Assembly: GCA_053919585.1 (NCBI GenBank)
Contig: CM132805.1
DNA length: 64,000 nucleotides
Direction: 5' to 3' (one strand)
Source: Euprymna scolopes
Lineage: Eukaryota
The notes below the pieces were generated by a model. The model was not told where the DNA came from, did not search any database, and worked only from the letters and a program-made list of their open reading frames with translations. Below, piece by piece: positions 10,679 to 20,690 of this stretch. A program made the position numbers and the translations under genes. Each line of letters begins with the position of its first letter. Position 1 is the first letter of the stretch.

Positions 10679-13600
10679 CGCGTTCTCGACTTTCAGCATA
10701 GGCCTAAGTCCCAGTTTTTTTCCCTTTACTGTAATGCCCTGACGTCTTTCTCTGAGTGGTCCTATTACTGGAGCTTTGTTCTATTCAATCTACTACTTCG
10801 GGACTTCACAAAGCTCTTCTACTAACTCCCTTGGTTGGTCTAAACCAAGATACGCCTTCACACTGTCTCACTCGGAGCCTGTTTGAGTTCCTGGAACCCG
10901 ACAAGATACGGAATCATCACTCCCTAACTAATGCGCCAAAGCTTACTTGCGCATCGATTTCTAACTAACTAAGTAGCTTTCCCTTTGTGATTTTTCCGTA
11001 TTCCCAGCAAGTCCCAAGATTCCAACCCAGATATCCCTCACACATTCCTCTAAAAAAAATAAAAAAAATAATAAGGCTCTATCTTGTCCCTTACGTAATC
11101 TGCATCTTTCCCTTTCTTCTATCTCCCCGTGATTAGGCTTGGTACCGACTGTCCAGTCGCTCCGTACCCTGAGGAATTATCGCGACCTCGCACGCCAGAC
11201 TTTTGTTGGACAAGACTTATTGCCGTTGCTTGGGCCTACGTGGCATCTTCCAACTCACTGGAACCACTAGTATTGTTTTAACAGGGTACTCATTACTCTA
11301 AAATAGTATTTCCCCTGCCAAATTTTCTAATTTGTGACAATACCATGGCTTATAAAAAAAAATAAAACAACAGAAAAAACTGCTTTCTACAGCCTAATCG
11401 CCTTGTAATTCTCATGAAAAAAATGCAACTACGCGCTAAACGTCCCTAAAATATAACTAAACCAACCAAATCTATTCCAAAATAATTTAATTTAATAATA
11501 CCAATTAAATTCACCCAGCATGTTTTTTTTTTAAATTTGGTACCTTTAATGCACAATAGGGTAACATTTTACTTCTAAAATTCTTCCTCCACCCCCTTTT
11601 TATCAAAATGTATGGCAAAGCCATACATTTTTAATAACTAACTAACTAAACTAAGGAGGGAATACATACGCTACCCGCTGGCAAGAAGACTGTCCTACGA
11701 TAAATCGATAAACTCAAAATTAAATAAATACAACAATAAAATTGCCATGTAGCGCTACCTTGCGCTCTTCAAGGTCAAACTCCTTTATGACCCCATGGCT
11801 TCTTCGTACCCATCTCGGGACTTCCAGAGCATCCTTTGCTCCCGGTCGACACTACTCGTGGTCGATAATTTCACGGCTCCTAGCCGAACAACAATAAAAC
11901 ACAAAATCGAGGTCCATCTGCCTCCTACTTACATCTCAGGATTTACGGACAATCTTCTTTACTCCTAGGTAGCACAAAAACAAACAAAAAAATCCCATCC
12001 CAAACCTTCACCATTTCACATCAAATGTTCTTAATTAATTTACCTCCTCTATGACTATACTTAATTGGTCCAAGAGTAATCAAGTCGGTTTTATTTATTC
12101 TACCCCATTTACCCCCCGTGTGGTCAACACACAATGGACATGTCTCCGACTGTCCATATTAGTTACAGAGATCGCCCATTTCTCTATAACTATCTCGTGC
12201 TTCCCTGAGCACCTACCAAAATATGGATTTTTTAAAAAATGTATTACGAGGACGTTCTGTACCGCCCTCCACCGACTTACGCATCCGGAACAAAAAAAAT
12301 CTGTCGAAACTACAAGAACAAAACAACAAACAAAAAAAAAATATGTATACATGACCACCTCGAAACTAGAATAAATACCGACTGACTTCCTGACCTCATT
12401 ACTCATAATCCAGCAAACCGTCTGCCTGTCCGACTACTGTATTTCGATTTAAAAAAATCCTTATTCCTTATTCTTTTGTATTCCGACATCATCCCATTTT
12501 AAAAATTCTCATTTATGTTTTCCTTGCATAATCCCGTTATCTAAAAAATTATTATTGATAATTGATATACCTCTATCCTGTCATCATCTTATTTTTAAAA
12601 AATTAAATTACATTGACACCACGTGGCAAGACCATCGATGCCCCCATCTCCTATACAAATACAAGATAACAAAAATACAGAAAAATAAATACAGAAAAAT
12701 ACACATGGCAACTCAACAATACTTAACAATATTCAATAATACTTAATTAATTCACTTATAACTAACAACTTTCAGCAAAGTTCAACAAAATTACCACAGA
12801 TCAAATTGTCCACGTAAGCAAAGTTCAAGGGTTTTCTGAAACTAAAAAAAAATCATTATTCTTTTACAATTAACCACAGAATTAAATTAAAAAGTTCCGC
12901 CTCTATTCTATTCATATAATTATAATTTACTTAAAATTAATCCGGGGGGATGCCACATCACCAACCTGATTTTTATTTATCACCTAATACTTTCGACAAT
13001 AGTGTAATTTCTTCTTTTTTTTTTCAAATCTAAAATGACATCTTGCTATTCCGAATGCATTTAAAAGTTCACTGTCCCTTATTTTTGTAACGCTTTGCTA
13101 AATTCAACAATGTCAAATGACTGACAGGTTTATAAACTGTGGACAAGCTCGATGTCATTTTGCTTCAACAAATGTTCGTTTGTGTTGTCTTGTCTATTTA
13201 AATATATATATATACGTTTTTTTTCTTTCTCCGTGTTTTCAATTCTTTCTCTGTGTTTTTCAATTTTATTTTTATTTTTAATATGGTAAATTAATATTCT
13301 TTTCTCTTTTGTTTTTCAGTCGTTTTCAATGTTCACAGCGTATTTTTAATTTTTGAGTTTAATTTTCTTCTAAATGCGTATGGTATTCTTCATGCCTTTG
13401 ATATCTTTTTCAACACATAACTGAATCATTTTTTTCTTCTTCTTCCTTCCTCTCTCTCTCTATCTTTCTCTCTCTCTACCCTTTTTTCACTGTTCTTCCT
13501 TCGTTCTCTTTTTTCTCTTCATTTTCACTGTTCTTTCTTTATTCTCTTCATTTTCACAATTTTTTCTTTTTATTGCACTGTCTCTTCTCCGTTTTTTCTC

Positions 13601-13712
13601 CCTCCTTTTTCCTCAATTTCTCTTCTTGTCTTTATTTTTCCTCGTTATCTCTTTTTCTCGTTATGTCCGTGGCAATCCAGGTTTCGATATATGCCCCATG
13701 CGGGAGCAAGAA

Positions 13713-13726
13713 GGTCAACGGCACCA
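13713..13726 (-). other. Primer binding site, tRNA-His-like
   Basis: Minus strand TGGTGCCGTTGACC, 11 nt inside the 5' LTR; complementary (one extra base) to the tRNA-His 3' end GGUCACGGCACCA. Confidence 0.7.
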
Positions 13727-13737
13727 AATAACAGATA

Positions 13738-14373
13738 TGTTACATAAGGGAGGGAGAAGAAACGAATTTGGACTTTGGACACTTTACTTGAGGGATACTT
13801 GTACCCTGGTGATGACGTGTCCATTTTACTAATGAAGAGAAAAAGTTTACGACGATGAGAGAGATATTACAAGTGTTAAGAGACGAGAGAACGGGACCCA
13901 AGATCCCTTAAACCGTTTGTCTGGTGGTTAGGACACTTGTTGTGGATGTATGTGTTTATATATAGAAGTTCATACCTGGTTTTGCTGCTCTGGGAGAGTC
14001 TTCATCTAGGTGGAGCTCTCTTGCTGTTTTCGCCGGAATACACAAGATGAAGACAGATGTTGGGTTTTCAACCTTTTATTCTCCCAGGCATGATCTGCAG
14101 ATGTCGCCATCGATGGTCTCCACTGTGGGTACCTACCACGTCCCACGTCTGGGGCGCGCATCTCCCCCCTTACTTAGGAGAGAACCATTTTAGACTTCTG
14201 CTCGGCTCGGCTTTTTCTGAGAGACTCAACGTTTCACCAACCTTGCCACGTAGCATCACATGACATCCGGTTAGATAAAACGTCACTTCCTGCAACGTGG
14301 ATTAACTACAAAAATATATAGAGAGAATATGAAAGAGCCAGAGAGAGAGAGAGAGGAGAGATGCTCTTTAACA
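13738..14373 (-). repeat. 5' LTR (636 bp)
   Basis: TG...CA; direct repeat of 9465-10189. Confidence 0.92.
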
Positions 14374-15773
14374 CACCCTGTCATCTGAAATGCTTAGTCC
14401 ATGGTCATGTAACAGTTCCACAAGTCCTCGTTTTCGTATTTTCCCATACAAAGGCCCATAAAGATGGGAAAGGGAGTTTCACGATTGTGTGAATGTCTGA
14501 ATGTGGATGAATTGCTTTTGTGGCTGTAGCAGTTGTACTGCAGGAGCTGAGCTACAGCCAAGTCTGTCTTTGATGAACCTAATTCGAGTTGCGACTTGAT
14601 ATCGACGCTGTGCTCCACCATGCAAACAAATTGTTGTAGTGATTGAGGAATAGAATTCCCCACTGAGTTTGCACGGAATCTACCATTAAATTTCCATTCA
14701 TGAGTAAGCATGTGTGTTCGCAAAATACTAGCAGCTTTGTTGAGTATAACAGCATCAGAAAATTCTGAAGCTTTTGACAAGATTGACCCTGTATCCTCTG
14801 TAAAGGACAAGATAACATCTCTCCCACTCTTGTGAGCTTCAAGTGCTGGTATATCTGACAAACGCTTCTCTTTCAGTCTTGTTGAGTGAACATATGAGGC
14901 AAGTTCATGCAGTTCCAACTGTTCAAGTCGTTGCTTATACAGTGTGATGAGATCTGCAAGTTTAAACACAACTGGTGCATCACTGTTCATATTAGTTTCA
15001 ACTATATAAGCAAGAAGCTCTGAATATACCAATGGATGGATTCTTTTTTTCTGAGAATCTTCATTTTCCTGTTTTTGTAGAGCAGCAAGGTGACATATTT
15101 CCTTGTTGTAAAGAGTTGTTAAACAATCTTTATGATACTTCAATTCTTGTGCAATGGCATCACCAGTACTCAATCGCACAAGAATTTTGCATTCACCTAG
15201 AGTTGTGGCACATTTATTGAGCCTACTGCTGAGCCCCATTGTCATGACTTCACGTCTTTGTCCATCATCTAGAAATTCTCTGTCGCAGATGAAACATTGT
15301 TCTGGCTTTAAATTCACTCTTCGAGTCTTTGAACAACTCTTGTCAATATGTTCCTGAGCGTCAGATGCCCTTTTCCTGGCCCGATCAAGTTTGGTATTTT
15401 TGAACAAAGCACGGAAACTCTGATGGTACTGAGCATTGTTTTGCCGCAATGTATCTTCAATACCATCACCTTCATCGAGCCTAGCAGGATTAATAATCAT
15501 GGGCATCTGACAGAGTTCTTGAAAAAGAGGAATATTTGTAGCCAGCATTGAATATCCATCTGATTTACTGCGACCTGGAATGGGACTACTGAGATCATCT
15601 CTGGTTTTATCTGTCTGAGATAGGCAGCATTTGCTCCAATCAGTTTTCACATTTGACGTCTTCTCAATAGACATTCTATAAATGTTATAGGCTTCAGGCC
15701 GAGGGTTTATCCTTTTACCACCTGTTACCACAGTTACCGAATATATTTTGACACATTCAGATATGGGATACAA
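14374..15773 (-). pseudogene. Academ transposase, N-terminal portion
   Basis: 459-aa ORF (DWSKCC, LDEGDGIE, YHQS, CFIC, GDAIAQELKYHKDCL, HSTRLK, RETPFPIFMGL). After a frameshift near 14450, GLSISDDRV joins LEISAQLGE at 9460 across the LTR insertion. Confidence 0.85.
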
Positions 15774-15906
15774 CTAGGTTAAGAAAAGTAGGTTCCCTAC
15801 ACCTAGCCCGATCGTTCATCCAGTATCATTTAAGTCCCGTGCGATCTGTACACCATCCAGGTAACTATAGCCCCGTTACCTTTGGCTCGGCTCGCCCGCG
15901 CTGGCA

Positions 15907-16078
15907 TGTTATGATTTAATTTGTTGTTAAGAGTTATCCCCCTTGGGATTGACATTCATAATAAAAGCGCCCTCTGTTTCATTTTCCCGCTCGATCCTTT
16001 CAAGAGCGTACGTGTATTTTACAGTTAATAAAACCTTTCTAAAAGGCAATTCTTTACTTACTGATACTATTCACTTCA
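15907..16078 (+). repeat. Gypsy 5' LTR
   Basis: Identical by eye to 19855-20026. Confidence 0.9.
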
Positions 16079-16118
16079 ATTTTATTAACTGTAAAAAAAA
16101 AAAAAAATAAAAAAAATA

Positions 16119-16922
16119 ATGGATCGAATCTTACGTCCCGACAGATTCGAGGTGGAACCTACATGCCCTAATTCCGAAAAATCCTATAGGCATTGGAAAT
16201 TAACCCTCCAGAATTATATCCGCTCACATAATAACGGATTAATCGAAAACACTTCAGATAATTTCTTTGCCTTGATCAATTGTATTTCAGCCTCTGTTTT
16301 CGATTTAATAAGCGATAAAACCGACTACGATAGTGCATTAAGAACATTGGACGCCGCTTATTTAAAACCTGAAAATATTGTTTATAATAGATATCGATTG
16401 ATGACGACGAAGCAACAAACAACACAAAATATAGATGCCTTCATACTACAATTGGAAATGCTTGCCAAAACATGTAACTTCGAAGCGGTTTCTGCTGAAG
16501 AAAACAAAAATCAATACATTCGGGAAGCTTTCATCGGTGGAATTTCTTCTTCGTCTATCCGACAACGACTGTTAGAAAAACCCATCCTGACTTTACAAGA
16601 CACATATGCCACGGCCAGATCTCTTGAACAAGCAGAAAAGCATTCGATAAGCTACGCAAATAACTTTACTGTAGCAGCTACAAATAATCCTTCGGGCTAC
16701 AATCGTATAGCTGTGACTAAAGAAAATATGCATCCAAAAGGGGTTTGTTTTTTCTGTGGAAAATCACGTCATCCTCGATATTTATGTCCTGCACGAAACG
16801 CCGAATGTAAAAAATGCAAAAAAAATGGTCATTGGGCTAAAGTGTGTAAATCTTCTATTTCTAACACTCATACTGCTGTTCTTTATGACGACTCTGACTA
16901 CCCCTCACCTTCTCTATCCTGA
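16119..16922 (+). CDS. gag: Gag with two Cys/His zinc knuckles
   Basis: 267 aa; LAKTCNF..., IREAFIGGI...IRQRLLE, CFFCGKSRHPRYLC and CKKCKKNGHWAKVC. Confidence 0.88.
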   Translation: MDRILRPDRFEVEPTCPNSEKSYRHWKLTLQNYIRSHNNGLIENTSDNFFALINCISASVFDLISDKTDYDSALRTLDAAYLKPENIVYNRYRLMTTKQQTTQNIDAFILQLEMLAKTCNFEAVSAEENKNQYIREAFIGGISSSSIRQRLLEKPILTLQDTYATARSLEQAEKHSISYANNFTVAATNNPSGYNRIAVTKENMHPKGVCFFCGKSRHPRYLCPARNAECKKCKKNGHWAKVCKSSISNTHTAVLYDDSDYPSPSLS

Positions 16923-19719
16923 CTAGGAACTAACTCCAAAGATGTCACATTCACTCAATGCCAAATTAACGGGCACTTCGTGAACGCTATGGTGGACTCC
17001 AGCAGTGTAAAAACATTCATTAATGAAAATACTGCTAAAAAACTTAAACTCTCCACAATACCTAAAAACAAAACTAAAACATGCTAAAATAACTGGCGAA
17101 GCTGTCGTGGATTTAATACTGAAAGATAAAACCCATTCTGGAATAACAATTGAAATCATTGAAAACCTTTTCATTGATTTAATAATCGGAAAAGATATTT
17201 TAAAAAAATATAAAAAAGTAACACTTAAATTCGACGGTCCTAGAGACAAACTTATAATTGGAGCTATAAACACGAATAATTTTTTTCCTACCATAAACGT
17301 TCCACCCCCTCCTCTCTTTTCTAATCTTTCTCCTCATACTACTCCTATTGCGACAAAATCCCGACGTTACACTTTTGCCGCCAACAAATTCATAAAAGAA
17401 GAGACTGCTAGAATGTTGAAAGAAGGCATAATTGAACCTTCGATATCTCCGTGGCGAGCGCAGGTTCTTGTAACTTCGAATGAGAATCATAAGAAAAGAA
17501 TGGTAGTCGACTACAGCGATACCATTAATAGATTCACGGAACTAGACGCTTACCCAATGCCTAATATCAATAAGATGGTAGACGACATCGCTCAATATAA
17601 CATCTTCTCTACTCTCGACCTAAAATCTGCTTATCACCAAATACCTATAAATCATGCTGATCGTAAATTCACTGCGTTTGAAGTAAGTGGCAAACTTTTT
17701 CAATTTACTCGTCTTCCTTTTGGCGTCACCAATGGAGTAAGTGCTTTCCAGAGGAGCATAGACTATATTATAGAAAAAGAAAATCTAACCGATACCTTTG
17801 TGTATGTTGATAACGTAACTATATGTGGGAAAAATCAAGAAGAACACGATTACAATCTTCAAAAATTCTACAAAATTGCTAAACAATATAACATCACTTT
17901 AAATGAAAATAAAAGCATAATTTCTTCTAGTTCTATTACTCTACTCGGCTACACCATAGAAAATAATCAAATAGCTCCCGATTATCAAAGACTAAAACCA
18001 TTACTCGAAATGCCACCTCCGCTGAATCTTAAATCTCAAAAAAGAATAGTTGGAATGTTTTCCTATTACTGCAAATTCATTAAAAAAATTTCTGATAAAA
18101 TTTTATTATTAAATCAAAACAAAGAATTTCCACTACCTCCATCTGTATTAAAATCTTTTCAAACATTGAAAAATGATCTAAAAGACGCCACTTTAATAAC
18201 GGTAGATCCAAATAAAGAATTTGAAGTAGAAACGGACGCTAGTAACTATTGCATTGCTGCAACACTAAATCAAGAAGGTCGTCCTATTGCATTTTTTTCA
18301 AGAACTCTCAATACTAACGAAATTAAGCACCATGCAGTAGAAAAAGAGGCAGCCGCTATTGTAGAAGCTCTCCGTAAGTGGCGACATTTTCTGCTCGGCA
18401 GGCACTTTAAAGTCATCACAGATCAGAAGAGCATCAGCTTCATATTCGACAATAAAAGAAAATAAAAAATTAAGAATGACAAAATATGTCGTTGGCGTAT
18501 AGAATTATCCCAATACAATTTCACTATAGTTTATCGACCTGGACCTGAAAATATTGCTGCTAACACATTCTCTCGCATCTCTGCTCTTACTTACAATCTA
18601 CGCATCTCTGCTCTTACTTACAATCTTCGTGATTTACATAAACAATTATGTCATCCTGGTGTTTCAAGACTAAGCCATTTTATAAGAACGAGGAGCCTCC
18701 CTTTTACTTTGGATCAAATTAAGAATATTACTGACTCTTGCTCTTCCTGTCAATTACTGAAACCCAAATTCGCCAATACCAATGGAGGGACTCTCATTCA
18801 AGCCATATTACCTTTTCAACGATTAAATCTTGATTTTAAAGGCCCTCTACCTACTTCTATACATGGCAACAAATATCTACTTACTCTAATTGATGAGTAT
18901 TCCCGTTTTCCTTTCGCTTTTCCTTGCAGAGATATGACAAGCAAAACCATTATCCACTGTCTAAACAAACTCTTTTCAATTTTTGGTTTGCCTGACATGA
19001 TACATACTGACCGTGCTTCTAATTTCTTAGCAAGAGAAATAAAGGATTTTTTACACAAAAAAGGAATTGCTATTTCTAAAACAAGTAGATACCATCCTGA
19101 AGGTAATGGACAGATTGAAAAACTCAACGGTACTTTATGGAAGGCCATTCAAACAACATTACATTCTAATCAAATGAAACTACCTTATTGGGAAGACATA
19201 CTACCGGACGCACTTCATTCAATTAGATCATTACTTTGTACTGCCACTAATATGACTCCCCATGATAGACTATTTAAATATAGTCGTAAATCTGCTTCCG
19301 GAATTTCAATTCCTTCTTGGGTTAAACCAGGCCCAATATATATTAGAAACCACACTAAAACAAGTAAACATGACCCTCCTGTAACGCCTGCCACCCTAAT
19401 AGATGTCAACCCCCACTACGCTTATGTTCAACTACCTTCTGGTACTGAAACCACTGTCAACGTTCGAGACTTAGCTCCAAACTCATCAAATGAAGAAAAC
19501 TCTAATAATAATCCTACTACTTCAGAGACTTTATTTGAACCTTCTACTAATGAAAACATTGGTCATGAGGAAGACAAAAATCAATCGTCTGATCTTGAAG
19601 AAAATCAGATTTCACTAAAAAATAATACTGAAAATCAGCATTCCTGCCAATCTGTGCGGAGGTCGTCCCGAGTTCGACAATTCCCTAGTAAATATAAGGA
19701 TTTTGTGACTAAATACTGA
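16923..19719 (+). pseudogene. pol: Pol (protease, RT, RNase H, integrase); frameshift near 17070 and in-frame TAA at 18463-18465
   Basis: PR AMVDSSS; RT LDLKSAYHQ, LPFGVTNG, YVDN; RH ETDAS, EKEA, VITDQ; IN HHCC (LHKQLCHPG..CSSC), LDFKGP, HTDR, IEKLN. Confidence 0.9.
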
Positions 19720-19773
19720 AAAACTGCAGTTTGGGTTCATATGTTATTTGTAAATAAAATGATTCTTATGTGA

Positions 19774-19808
<35 letters not shown>

Positions 19809-19854
19809 TCTATAATTAATTACCCCTTACTTGAATACTTTAGGACGGGGAAAA

Positions 19855-20026
19855 TGTTATGATTTAATTTGTTGTTAAGAGTTATCCCCCTTGGGATTGA
19901 CATTCATAATAAAAGCGCCCTCTGTTTCATTTTCCCGCTCGATCCTTTCAAGAGCGTACGTGTATTTTACAGTTAATAAAACCTTTCTAAAAGGCAATTC
20001 TTTACTTACTGATACTATTCACTTCA
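19855..20026 (+). repeat. Gypsy 3' LTR
   Basis: Preceded by the PPT; identical by eye to the 5' LTR. Confidence 0.9.
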
Positions 20027-20542
20027 ATATCTGTCAATCTGTCAAAAAACTTCATATCCTGTCAATTCAGGTGCGGCTATCTAACAGACTGAACATTATT
20101 TTGTCCATGGGGCTTATTAGACAGCATTTGGGACACTGAAACATGAACAGTGTGTCCGTAATCAGTTGATACTGGACCCCATGTTGAGTTTCACAACAGT
20201 GATGTCACCGTTATGCCCTGGTTGTGTCATGACAATCACTCTCTTACATATAACATATTATAAGAATGAGCTGAAAGGATTAATTTTTTATAACTAATAT
20301 ATTCAGCTCACTTGGGGAATTGAATACCAAGTCAATGATTCGGTTTAATGGCAATAAAAGGCAAACATTGACAATATTTGCTTAAATTCATCTCATATAT
20401 GTGCCTTTGTGGATTGTAGGACTCATTTATCGGTTATTTTTGTGTCATTTACTGCTTTCCTATCCCCTAAAACATATAATTTGACTAAAAAATTGTGAAA
20501 ATCGGTTAGATACTTTGTAAACTAGCAATATTGGATTTCAGA

Positions 20543-20690
20543 ATGGCGGAAATCTTGAAAATGGCGGCCATCTTGGATTTTTTGAGTGACCCAAAAGTTT
20601 TTTTCGGAAGAGTAGACCATTGTGAGCAATCGTGCCAAGTTTCATGCTTGCTTACCAAAATGAATGATTTTTCCGTAATCTGCTCAGCTA
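20543..20690 (-). repeat. Academ right TIR
   Basis: Ends in ctgctcagcta followed by the TSD tag. Confidence 0.9.

Larger units (their letters stand above)
9465..14373 (-). mobile_element. Non-autonomous LTR retroelement (LARD-like, probably Gypsy-dependent)
   Basis: TG...CA LTRs at 9465-10189 and 13738-14373; 4-bp TSD CACC (9461-9464 / 14374-14377); minus-strand PBS and PPT; no gag or pol in the 3.5-kb interior. Confidence 0.9.
15907..20026 (+). mobile_element. Ty3/Gypsy LTR retrotransposon, full length with coding lesions
   Basis: 172-bp TG...CA LTRs that appear identical; domain order gag-PR-RT-RH-IN; PPT aggacggggaaaa at 19842-19854; TSD not clear. Confidence 0.93.
7161..20690 (-). mobile_element. 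Academ (AcademX-type) DNA transposon, degenerate, hosting two LTR elements
   Basis: Termini TAGCTGAGCAG...CTGCTCAGCTA, 3-bp TSD TAG (7158-7160 / 20691-20693), ~150-bp TIRs, Academ transposase motifs and a C-terminal Cys-rich domain. Confidence 0.88.

Noticed and set aside
12051-12406. Overlapping ~105-aa ORFs as remnant env or accessory gene
   Set aside because: Short, with no recognisable motif; expected by chance.
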